This document shows, piece by piece, positions 51,173 through 61,088 of a stretch of DNA of 64,000 nucleotides. The position numbers were made by a program, and so were the translations under genes. Origin of the DNA: an uncultured Acidobacteriota bacterium (lineage in GTDB: Bacteria; Acidobacteriota; UBA6911; RPQK01; JAPXNP01); the NCBI GenBank assembly GCA_963777605.1, contig CAVZRV010000008.1, positions 384,001 to 448,000 on the forward strand, given 5' to 3'. How positions within the stretch are numbered: the stretch's first letter is position 1; the number at the start of each line of letters is the position of its first letter. The notes beneath the pieces are model-generated. The model did not search any database. It was not told the DNA's origin and worked only from the letters and a program-made list of their open reading frames with translations.

Positions 51173-52429
51173 TTGAGACAGCTCTTTTGTTCCCCTTTGC
51201 GCCTCACTGCGCTGACTATTGTCTTGATGTTTGCGTCGATCGGCGGCCTGCAGGCCGCCGATGACAGCCCGTGCAAGGCCTGGGCCGGAGTCTGGCACGT
51301 CGTCCCCTCTGTTCCGGGGGAAGGCCAGGCGATCCACTTGTCTATTTCCACGGCGGAGAAGCCGCTGCGAGTCCTCCATTTTGGCTATGACTTCACGACC
51401 GTGCACGAGGGCGAGGCTGTGAAGTGTGACGCGACCAATCTGAGTTTCGACTCGCTCCCGATGGGCAAGGCTTTCCACCTCTCCCTGAAACGCGACGGAG
51501 ACAAGGTGACCGGGGAGATGTCGGTAGTGCACCCCCAGTTCAAGAAGTCATACGGGCGGATTGGGCACCGGGTCACAACCCAGGAAGACTGGGACCCCAT
51601 CAAGGGGGTCTCGAAGAGCGCCGACGATCTCGGGTTGATCAACCTCACCACGAAGTTAATCGACGAGGCCCCCCTGGATTCGCTGGATAAGTTTGAGTCG
51701 TATTGGGCCTCCAAGATCGAACCGGAATACTACTCGGTCGTCCAGGACGTCATTTACGGCCCGGACGGCGATCTCAAGGAGCGCCACCAGAAGCTCGCTG
51801 TGATGCTGGACAAACTGACGCAGAAAGACTTCCAGTCTCAGGTTCGGGAAATGGCGAAGCTCCAGAAGGAAGTCGTCGAGGAAGTCAAGAAGAAGGCGCC
51901 CGACCTCTATTTCCCGAATGTCTTCCTATCCATGCCATCGCTCGGTGACTTTGAAACTTCGGTCCTCTCGATCCCGGGAGCGATCCTGGTCCGAATCGGC
52001 TCAGACTCGGTTACACTCCGCGGAGCCGATCTGAAGGCATGGTTGGCCCAGCAGCACCTGACGATCCCTCTGTACAAGGCGTTTCCGCCGATCGATCAGA
52101 GCCTGGTCGCCCGGACTATCAGGCAAGGGCTGGCGATCCGCTTCGCGGTTGACAAGGGATTTGCCGAGTACCCCATGCAAGTCCTCGGCAAGCCGAAGCC
52201 GGAGAAGGGCTCGGACGGGATCTCAGTGCCGATCGAGCTGAAGAAGCTGTTTGTGGCCGGCATACGCAATCCCGTCTTCGCCCGCAAGATCACGGATGAA
52301 CAGGTAATCCAGGTCGGGTATGATTTCGCCCGGCAGATGACCACCGCGTATTCTGTTCCCGAGATCCTTGCCCTGGACCGGGGCAACATGTCGGAACGAC
52401 TCTGGAGCTACCTCACCGCCGTCCAGTAG
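51173..52429 (+). CDS. Hypothetical secreted protein
   Basis: 418-aa ORF with signal peptide, coding-like codon usage, 12 bp after the previous stop. Confidence 0.7.
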   Translation: MRQLFCSPLRLTALTIVLMFASIGGLQAADDSPCKAWAGVWHVVPSVPGEGQAIHLSISTAEKPLRVLHFGYDFTTVHEGEAVKCDATNLSFDSLPMGKAFHLSLKRDGDKVTGEMSVVHPQFKKSYGRIGHRVTTQEDWDPIKGVSKSADDLGLINLTTKLIDEAPLDSLDKFESYWASKIEPEYYSVVQDVIYGPDGDLKERHQKLAVMLDKLTQKDFQSQVREMAKLQKEVVEEVKKKAPDLYFPNVFLSMPSLGDFETSVLSIPGAILVRIGSDSVTLRGADLKAWLAQQHLTIPLYKAFPPIDQSLVARTIRQGLAIRFAVDKGFAEYPMQVLGKPKPEKGSDGISVPIELKKLFVAGIRNPVFARKITDEQVIQVGYDFARQMTTAYSVPEILALDRGNMSERLWSYLTAVQ

Positions 52430-52439
52430 CGATTTCGGA

Positions 52440-53180
52440 CTTCAAATTGGACGGTTTTCTCGTTTCTCGTTCCTGGAGGGAAAGTAATCCAGGCAGGCCC
52501 TGCCTGGGAAGGCGGCCGGGCAGCTTGCCCGGCGGAAGTGAACCTTCTCAATCCAGGATTCTTGAGTTCCGGTTTGTTCTGAAACAGTCCGCCACCGGGA
52601 CTGAATCGCACTTTCAGTGCTGCATTGCCGGCCCGGTTACCGATCCCCGGGGCGTTGCCGCCGGGCTGAAAATGACCCTGCGCCGTTGGCGTGCTCACCT
52701 GGCGATGCTTCACCAGTTTCACTCTCTGAATGATCCGCGGAGGGCGCGGGGGGCGGGGCTGACCTGAAACTTCAATTAGGATGAGTTGGAAATCCTGGAT
52801 GATTTGGACGCGTTTGGATGGGAATTAGGGCGATCGGTGGAGAGCCAGGGACGCGATTATCGGCTGGATCCTGGTTCCTGGTCCGGTGCCAGACGTGGAT
52901 GAGTGATGATCACAGGATCGGCGCCGGGCTGGCCCCTGAAGGGGGCCTGTTTCCAGCCCAGGCATTTGCCTGGGTTTACGGTCCACCCATCAAGAATCCA
53001 GCCCTGAAAGGGCGGCACAGCTCTCCGGACGTGAAGAATCGGCGCGACCTTACAGGCCGCGATCGCTTTGCCGGGACCACGGACCCAGGGCAAACCCTGG
53101 GCTGAAACCAAGGCGCCACGGGGCAGTTTCACGTCTGCGAATGGTCCGCGGAGGGCGCGGGGGCGGGAGCGGGCTGATCT
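52440..53180 (-). repeat. Modular palindromic intergenic repeat, copy 2 (module B then module A on the minus strand)
   Basis: Reverse complement matches 15170-15425 (A) and 15500-15895 (B) with the module order swapped. Confidence 0.9.
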
Positions 53181-53383
53181 GAATCCGCCCCTTGATTTTC
53201 CCTGAAATCGAAACTCGAACTTTCCAACTGTGCACGAACCCAGGCTGGGCGGGCCTTTCCAAGAGTTGGAACACCACGTGCACGATCCCCTCTCTACGGC
53301 GGCTGTCGCACTGTGAGAGTCGTCACAAGGACTAAACGGACAAGAAACTAGACTTGGATGCGGAAGGACCTTCGGAGAGAATC

Positions 53384-56300
53384 ATGATGAAGAGCCTAAG
53401 AATAGCCCTGTTCCTGATCAGCTTGTGCCTGTCCACGGTATTTGGCGCGGAACCGACCATCCTGCGGATGTCGGTCTCGACCAGTGCCCGCCTGATGGAC
53501 GAAGTGTCGATGACCTGTGATGCGGCGTCGCCTCTGGATCCCCGTCCACTGGACTACGAGTGGGCGGTCACGAGTGACCCAACCGGCAAGGCGGTCATTC
53601 TGAGCTCGACGTCGAGAAAGGCTCGCCTGCAGCTTTGGTGGCCGTCTCCATCGACGGCTGAAAGCTTTGTCGGATCGAAGATCGAAATCCGCGTGCGGGT
53701 CTCTTTCGAAGGAGCGACCGAAGAGGATACCGTCGCGGAACGCACCGCGGTGCTGACCATCTCGGGCGTTAACCACCCGCCGGTGCCCGTCATTGGCGGG
53801 AACGTGGGAACCAGGGACGACCGCATACCCTCGGGCAATTCGGTGCAGGTCAACAGCTTCCAGTCAATTGACCCGGACGGAGATGCCTTCCGTTCTGACT
53901 GGGGCCTGGGCAACTGGCGCGGCGGGCGCTACATCCGGCCTCCGGTCCTTTACGGGAGTGAAGGCTCAATTGCATCCTTTACCGTTCCGGAGATGACCAC
54001 CAACGTCGATCAGACGATTTCACTCCACCTCAGCGACGGACTTCACCTGATCTCGAAGGAGACGGTCGCCTACCTCAAGCCTGCCGACGTGGTCACGCCA
54101 CCGTCGAGTGCCCCGGTTTTGACGGTTCCGCAGCCGACGGTCAGCGTCGTCCAGGGACAGATGGCCGAGTTGCAGGCCGTAGGCACCGACTCGGACGGAG
54201 ACGACTTGAGTTTCACGTGGGTCTTCCTCCAGGGGGGAACGACCCTGAGCACCGGATACGTCACCAGCCGGAGAACCTCGACGACAACCTGGGTCAGCGG
54301 CATGAGCTACCCGACGAGCGCGCTGGCGCCGGGGACCTACTCGTTCAGCGTACAGGCGACCGAAGCCGGGAAGCTCGCCGGGCAGAGTACGCAGAAGAAG
54401 TTCATCAGCCTGGTGGTAGGAACCTCCGGGGGAGGCAGCGGCCTCGATCAGAACCGGCCGGTGTGCGGCCAGAATCCCTCGCCCTCGCTGGTCAGCATAG
54501 CCCCAGATCCGCGACTGAGCCGGATCGTCCTCACCCAGGGTAAAGCATCCACAGTAGACGTTACCATGCAGGATTATTCCGAGGTGACCTCCCTGCTTGG
54601 CGGAAGCAAGAAAGGGCTATCGGAGATCAGCTGGAACGTAGACACCCTGTCGCAGTTGGGCATTACCGCGACCAGCAATTTCAGCGGCACGGTGGATCCG
54701 TTCCGGGCCCGGTCCATTTTGACTCTCACGGCGGGTCAGAGTGCCCCGTCCACCGCGCGGGTAACCGCGGTGGCCAAAGATGTTGAGGGTTGCAGCAGTA
54801 CGATTTCCTTTGACGTCGCCATCGAACAGGCCAAAACCAACGAAAAACCGGTCCCGCGTCTCCGCTACGATGCTGGTTCCGGGGTCAAGTCGGCGACCAA
54901 CGGTGCCAACGTCGAAGTCAACACCGGGCAGGTCGAGTTGGACGCCGGAGCCACTACCGATGACAGCGGGTCCGCCGGGCTGACCTACCGCTGGACAATT
55001 GCCGGTCAGGCGACCCTCTCAGCATCGAGTGGTGAGAAAGTCACCCTCTCGATTCCTGACTCGACAACCGGGCCAGTCACTGTCACCCTTTCGGTGACCG
55101 ACACCGGTGGCCTGTCGAGCAACATGACGGTAGCCTTTAAGCTGGTCACGGCAAATGAATCGCCGGTTGCCCTTATCAGGTACGATTCGGGGAGCTGGGA
55201 ACTGGGCTCAGCTCTCGGACGGCGCTACGACCGAAGTGGCCACGGCCCAGCTCGAGTTGGACGCCGGAGCGAGTTCCGATGACGGTGGCGTGGACGGGCT
55301 GCAGTTCTCCTGGGCCTTTGCCGGGAAGGGGAGTCTGACCTCTTCTTCCGGACAAACGACCACTCTCAACATTTCTGAAGGGAACCCGGATCTGGTCACC
55401 GTGACGCTTACCGTGCGTGATGGTGGAGGCCTTTCCAGCAGCACCACCGTGGCGTTCAAGCTGGTGGCCGCCAACGAGCCTCCGGTCGCCGCGGTCAAGT
55501 TCGATACCGGGGGACAGGGGAACTACTCGGGTCCCTTCACGGAGGACCAGAGCGTGGACGTTACCTCCGGAACCATCGAACTGGATGCCTCCGGAAGCAC
55601 CGATGACGGTGGGGCCGATCTGTTGTCGTACCAGTGGAGTGTCACAGGATTTGACGGTGCGGCGTTGAGCGCCGAAAGCGGCGTTTCCACGACACTGACC
55701 GTGCCGGCGGGTGCGACCGGGAGCGCTGTCGTCGTATTGACTGCAACTGACGGAGCCGGTGCCGCCAACCAGGTGCAGGCCACCTTCAGGTTCGCGGCTG
55801 CCGTCGAAAAGCCCGAAGCCCGGATTACGTCGGCTCCGACGACGGTTCAGGCTGGAGAGGAAATGGCGATCGAAGGAGCCGCTTCCGGTGGATCCGGAAC
55901 CGGTGACTACCGTTATGTCTGGACCGCAACCGCAACCGGCGACAAGGTCGTTGAGATTTACTCGACCGAAAGCCGTGCCCGCCTGTTTGCTCCCAATCTG
56001 GATTCTCTCGAACCGGAAACCCTCACCGTCACATTGACGGTTTTCAAGGATGGCGTCGCCTCCGATCCCGCCTCTGCTGACATCACCGTGACCGGTCCGA
56101 CTCTCTACTTCTCCCAGTTGGCGGTCGGGGCGATCAATGATCAGATGGAGTTCCAGACCAGTGTTGTGCTGGTCAACAACTCCGATGTTACAGCGCACGG
56201 CCGGATTACGCTGGTCAACAACGAGTACAGCGATTCCTGGGGCGTTCGGGTCAATGGCGAGTATCGCAGTGATTTTCCGGTCGATGTCGGGCCCGCCGGG

Positions 56301-56792
56301 TCGGTTAAGTTCGTCCTGAGCGGAGACCAGGTCGAGATTGGTTGGTTGTCGCTGGAATCCAATGTTCGGCTGACGGGACACCTCTTCTACCAGGTCGTCG
56401 AAAAGGGGACTGGACGAGCCCTTCGGGAAGTCCCGATCCTGCCGACCACCGCACGTGGTTTCAGGACTGCACTCGATCCGGGGCGGAACAATAACCTGGC
56501 ACTGGCCCTGGTCAACGTGGGTGATGACGAAATCCGGTTCCGGCTCGCCGTTCGGTCAAACCAGGGCGGTTCGATGGAATCCGGAGAAATCGCCCTCGGT
56601 CCCCGGCAACACCTGGCCCAGTTCCTGGGAGAGTTCTTTGACGGAGGCCAGAACGGGGCCATGATACCCGCTTCCTTTGCCGGCGGCACCCTGATGATCG
56701 AGATCACCAGCGGCTCGGGAGACCTTGCCGCCACGATCATGAAGACCGACGAAGGACTTCCTTTGTCGATCCTCCCGGTCGGAACCTGGTAG
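53384..56792 (+). CDS. Large secreted PKD/Ig-like repeat protein (paralog 2), frameshift in the G-run at 55189-55192
   Basis: ORFs 53354..55282 and 55155..56792 join by removing one G; same N-domain (RIPSG.SVQ.NSFQS.DPDGD.FRSDW...RGGRYIR) and C-domain as 48014..51160; three LDAxxxxDD repeats. Confidence 0.85.
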
Positions 56793-56909
56793 CCGATCCA
56801 AATCGTCGGCGATCACCTGGACGGCGAGGGTGCCAGGCTTCTCACGGGATCCGAGAAGCTCAGTGCCCTCTCCGTCCCTCCGCCCGGCGGAAGACTTTCA
56901 CAGCGGTGA

Positions 56910-57092
56910 AACCAGCCCCGCCCCTGCGCGCTGCGGAGACCATTCACAAAGTGAAACTTGCCACGGGTGTTTTGAACCGCAAAGATCGCCAAGGCGCGAA
57001 GAGATCTCTTGTTTTCAACAATAAAGCCCTTTGCGATCTTTGCGCCTTGGCGTTTCAACTCAACGTCTTGCAGATGAAGTTGCAGGCCAGAC
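56910..57092 (+). repeat. Repeat leader motif plus CGCAAAGATCGCCAAG/CTTTGCGATCTTTGCG palindrome plus tail motif
   Basis: CAGCCCCGCCCC...GACCATTCACAAAGTGAAACT (56913-56958); inverted repeat ~56978-57045; TGAAGTTGCAGGCCAG at ~57075. Confidence 0.7.
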
Positions 57093-57107
57093 CTTCACAA
57101 CCGGGCC

Positions 57108-57899
57108 TCAGACCAGGTCCAGCAGATCCCGCCGGCTCCTGCGAAGTAGCCGCCCGCCGAACCAGACTGAAAGCCCACTCAGCGCGGCCCAGTACGCCAG
57201 CCCCCACCACTGTAAGGACGGCTCACCGAAAACGGCGAACCGGAACGCCTCGACCATGTGGGTGAGGGGGTTGAGATCGAGCAGGGGAAGATAGGTGGCC
57301 GGAACAATCGTCTTCGGATAGACAATCGGGGTCAACCAGAACAGGAACATGAACACTACCCCGATAATCTGGGCGATGTCTTTAAAAAAGACGTTGACGG
57401 TGGCGACGATCATCCCGAATCCATACATCAACATCGCCTGGACCAGCAGCAGCGGGACCAGCAGCGGCAGTGTCCCGTAATGAATGTTGCCCCTCGCGAT
57501 CAGCACAATGAAAAAGACCACTGTCGCGATGAGTTGGTGGATCAGTGCGGAACTGGTGATGCTGAAAGGGAGAGTCGCCAGGGGAAATCGCAGCTTCTTG
57601 ATCAGGTTCCCGTTATCCAGAAAGGCCCGGGCTGAGCGGGTGATGCTCTCCTGAAACGCGGACCAGGGAAGAAGGGCGCAGAACAGGTTCTCTGCAAACC
57701 TCCCGGGGTGGTCTCCGTTGCCGAATTTCACTCCCAGGAATACCGAGAATACGAGGGTGTAGAGCACCAACTGGAAGAGCGGGTTGAGAACCGACCAGAA
57801 GAGACCCAGCAGCGAGCCGGTGTAGCGCGTTCGGATGTCCCTGCTGATCAACTCATGGATCAGCTGTCGATGGCTGAACAATTCAGTGATTTTTTCCAT
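57108..57899 (-). CDS. wzm: Polysaccharide ABC transporter permease (Wzm/TagG)
   Basis: RDIRTRYTGSLLGLFWSVLNPL, NGNLIKKLRFP, FWLTPIVYP, LNPLTHMVEAFR. Confidence 0.93.
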   Translation of the reverse strand: MEKITELFSHRQLIHELISRDIRTRYTGSLLGLFWSVLNPLFQLVLYTLVFSVFLGVKFGNGDHPGRFAENLFCALLPWSAFQESITRSARAFLDNGNLIKKLRFPLATLPFSITSSALIHQLIATVVFFIVLIARGNIHYGTLPLLVPLLLVQAMLMYGFGMIVATVNVFFKDIAQIIGVVFMFLFWLTPIVYPKTIVPATYLPLLDLNPLTHMVEAFRFAVFGEPSLQWWGLAYWAALSGLSVWFGGRLLRRSRRDLLDLV

Positions 57900-58041
57900 T
57901 GCGCTTAGGAACCCGGCCCCTTCCTGATATATTGAGTCGCGGAGATGCGGGCCCGGCCGCGACGGGAACGTTGTTATTGCCTACCCGCCAAAGTATATCC
58001 AGTCTCCACTCCACTCGAACCAAAAGCGTAGCATCGACATC

Positions 58042-59874
58042 GTGAAATACAAAGCAGCCAGGAAGAAGGTCGGAACGCGGGATTATCGTTGGGTCGGGCA
58101 GGTGCTGATCGCCGTCTTTTTTGTCCTCCTGCCCTTCATCTTTTCCGCCTCCGGTTACGACAAGTTTCGCTTGCCGAAAACGACATTTGCAGTCCTCTCA
58201 ATCCTGATCATCGGGATCGTGGTAACGCTTCTTGGGCGGATCCGGCTCGTCTTCCCGCTGTTGAGTTGGGAAACGCTCCTGGTTGGGTCGATCGCCTACC
58301 TGGCGCTGCATACGCTGACCAGTTCGAATCCAGGGCTCAGCTGGCACAGCTTCCTCATGATCCTCCCGTTTGTAGTCCTCTTCTTTGTGCTGCGCTCAAG
58401 CCTGACTGCCGGCTTTCAGCGCGTTGTCTGGCTGCTTGTGGGGGCTGCCCTCGCGCTCAGTTCGGTTCTTACGATACTGCAGTACCATGGGCTGATCACC
58501 TCGATGACCTACCAGTCGGGCGAAACTTTGCTGGGTCGCATCAACCCGGCCGGGTTTATCGGGGAGGTGAACAGCGGGGGATTCCTGTTCGGTCTGGTCA
58601 GTGTGCTGCTAATCTACTTCGTGGTGGCGGAGCGGGACGTCCGGCTGAAAGCCCTCGGTGCCGGTCTGCTGACGATCAATCTGGTCGGTCTTGCCTACAC
58701 CCGAACCCTGACCGCTTTCGTCGCCCTGTCCGCCTGTTTCGTTCTCTGGCTGGGTTTTCATCATTGGTGGACCTTTCGCCGGCACAAACGGGTGACCCGG
58801 GCCCTGGTCTACTTCTGGGTCGTCCTGGCGGTGGGGCTGGCGGGAGGGACGGCGGTGGCCGTGATGTCGGGCATCGGCGGAAGGGTCGTGAGCGTAGCCG
58901 GCCAAATCGCCCGGGGGAACTTCTCTGCGGCCACCGCCGGACGTCAGCCCGTTTACTCGTTAACCTGGCAGATGATCAAGGACAAGCCTTGGATTGGACG
59001 GGGTCTGGAGACCTTCGGACACGACTTCTTCTACTTCCGTGCGGACACGGAAGTCGGCCAGAGCACCCAACTGATTCATCAGGAGGGGTCCTTTCGGCAG
59101 GTCCACAATGACTATCTCCAGGTCGGTGAGGAACTGGGCCTGGTTGGACTGACTTTGATGCTGGCCCTGTTGACTATCCCTGTGATTCGGACTGTTTCCC
59201 TGATCCGGACGCTGGAGGATGAGGCGGAAGTCTACTGGAACGGGATGTTGGGTATCGCCGTGGTCTTCGTGATGATCGGGGCGCTGGCTTTCTTTCCTCT
59301 GCGACTGACGGTAACCGGCAGTTACGTGGTGCTGCTGTTCGGGTGCCTGCGCTGGTATCAGGGGCCCGATCTGTCGGAGGCGACGTCCCGGAACCGGGAG
59401 GCATCCTGGCAACTGATCCCGGTCGTTCTGCTTTTATCGGCCCTTCTGCTCTTCGTCGGCCTGCCCCTTTATCAGACCTGGGATGCCAACGGCAAGCTGG
59501 GGACGGCGTCGTATCTCCTCGAGCAGATTTCTTCGGGCCAGGTTCCGGCACGGCAGAAACAGATGATTCTGGGACGGGTTTTGAACATCCTGAACAGTGC
59601 CGATGCGGCCGCAGTGGAGTTCCCGGAGATTTACAACCTGAAGGGTGGGGCATACCTTCTTCTTGGCGAGTATCCCCTGGCCGCCGAAAACTACTCGCTG
59701 GCCGCGGGGAGAATCCCCAGTGCGGAGGTCTTGACGAATCTGGCCGCGGCACAGATTGCGGCCAACAAGAAGGCCGAGGCGGAAGAACTTCTTCGGCGGG
59801 CGCTTCGGTATGACCCGCAATACAACAAGGCGCAACAGGCTCTTCAGTACCTGGAATCGCAACAGCAGCCATGA
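58042..59874 (+). CDS. O-antigen ligase / O-oligosaccharyltransferase family (Wzy_C) membrane protein with C-terminal TPR
   Basis: About 12 TM segments; GR..Y...WQMIKDKPWIGRGL.TF; VHNDYLQ..EELGLVG; TPR at the end (LTNLAAA...ALRYDPQY). Confidence 0.85.
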   Translation: MKYKAARKKVGTRDYRWVGQVLIAVFFVLLPFIFSASGYDKFRLPKTTFAVLSILIIGIVVTLLGRIRLVFPLLSWETLLVGSIAYLALHTLTSSNPGLSWHSFLMILPFVVLFFVLRSSLTAGFQRVVWLLVGAALALSSVLTILQYHGLITSMTYQSGETLLGRINPAGFIGEVNSGGFLFGLVSVLLIYFVVAERDVRLKALGAGLLTINLVGLAYTRTLTAFVALSACFVLWLGFHHWWTFRRHKRVTRALVYFWVVLAVGLAGGTAVAVMSGIGGRVVSVAGQIARGNFSAATAGRQPVYSLTWQMIKDKPWIGRGLETFGHDFFYFRADTEVGQSTQLIHQEGSFRQVHNDYLQVGEELGLVGLTLMLALLTIPVIRTVSLIRTLEDEAEVYWNGMLGIAVVFVMIGALAFFPLRLTVTGSYVVLLFGCLRWYQGPDLSEATSRNREASWQLIPVVLLLSALLLFVGLPLYQTWDANGKLGTASYLLEQISSGQVPARQKQMILGRVLNILNSADAAAVEFPEIYNLKGGAYLLLGEYPLAAENYSLAAGRIPSAEVLTNLAAAQIAANKKAEAEELLRRALRYDPQYNKAQQALQYLESQQQP

Positions 59875-61031
59875 CAGTCGGTCTGGACTACCGGTCTGCC
59901 CTCAAGCCGAACTCGAGACGACGCGGTATCGGCCGCTACACTCATGAACTGACCCGTAACCTGCTTGCGGCCTGTCCGCACCTTGGGTTCTCGCTCTACA
60001 CGATCGCCGGCGTTGAAGGCCCCCGGCTGGCCGGCAACTACCGGGAGACGCCGCTCTTCTACCTGAAACGACCGTCCAGGCTGAACTGGGCGATCGAAGC
60101 GATCCTCTTTTCCCGGCTCGCCCGAACCGATTCCCCTGACCTGTTCCATGCCATGGATCCGGTTTCCGTTCCGGCGTGGCTCCCCTGTCCTCTGGTCGTC
60201 TCAGTTCACGACCTCATCCCTTTGATCTTCCACCGGGAAATGCGGCGGCAGATCCCGATCGATTACCGAATCGCTCTTCGATACGCTTGCCGGCGGTATC
60301 GCTCGGCGGACCGGATCCTGACGCTTTCGGAGCATTCCCGGCGGGACATCTGCCGCCTGCTGGAAGTCCCATCTGACCGTGTAGAGGTCGTCCCGCTCGG
60401 ATCGACCCTGGTGCCGACCGGTCTTTCCCGGGCCGCGGCCGGTGACGGGGTGAAAAGCCGTTTTGGGATCGACTCCCCCTACCTGCTTTACGTTGGGGGG
60501 ACTGATTTCCGGAAGAACCTCGGCCGCCTGCTGGAGGCCTTCGCGTTGATCCGCCGCCAGGGCTATGCCGGCCGGCTCGTCCTGGTGGGCGAGACCTTCG
60601 CGATGCAGATCCCGGAAGTGACTCGCCTCCGTGAGGCCGCGGTCCGGCTGGGAATTGACGATTCTGTCCTGTTTCTGGGCTACGTTGAAGACCAGGGACT
60701 GGCCCTCCTCTTCGAATCCTGTGATTTCTTCGTCTTTCCGTCACTTTATGAGGGCTTTGGGCTGCCGGTCCTGGAGGCGATGCGGTGTGGCGCCCCACTG
60801 TTGATCAGCCGGGCATCTTCGATTCCCGAAGTCGCGGGAGAGGCCGGCTTCTACTTCGACCCGGAGGAGGCCGAAGACCTGGCGGAGGCTTTTCGCGGTG
60901 CAGCCGCCGACCCGGAGGGAGTCGAGGCAAAGCGACAATTGGGATTGTCCCGCGCGCGCGCGTTCTCCTGGGAGAAGGCTGCGGAAAAGGTGGGGAGAGT
61001 GTACGATCAAGTCCTTCTTTCCCGTGGATGA
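59871..61031 (+). CDS. Glycosyltransferase family 4 (MtfB/WbdB-like)
   Basis: GIGRYTHEL, VHDLIP, RKNLGRLLEAF, FPSLYEGFGLPVLEAM. Confidence 0.93.
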   Translation: MTVGLDYRSALKPNSRRRGIGRYTHELTRNLLAACPHLGFSLYTIAGVEGPRLAGNYRETPLFYLKRPSRLNWAIEAILFSRLARTDSPDLFHAMDPVSVPAWLPCPLVVSVHDLIPLIFHREMRRQIPIDYRIALRYACRRYRSADRILTLSEHSRRDICRLLEVPSDRVEVVPLGSTLVPTGLSRAAAGDGVKSRFGIDSPYLLYVGGTDFRKNLGRLLEAFALIRRQGYAGRLVLVGETFAMQIPEVTRLREAAVRLGIDDSVLFLGYVEDQGLALLFESCDFFVFPSLYEGFGLPVLEAMRCGAPLLISRASSIPEVAGEAGFYFDPEEAEDLAEAFRGAAADPEGVEAKRQLGLSRARAFSWEKAAEKVGRVYDQVLLSRG

Positions 61032-61088
61032 GCCTGGGCCCGGAGGGGGTCTTCGGTGGCGATACACCGAGGTGGAGTGGATAGAGAT

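Noticed and set aside
30759-56792. PEP-CTERM/exosortase sorting of the surface proteins
   Set aside because: No PEP-TM-basic tail on any protein (ends ...LVEP, ...DPVP, ...PVAVTK lack a TM) and no exosortase gene
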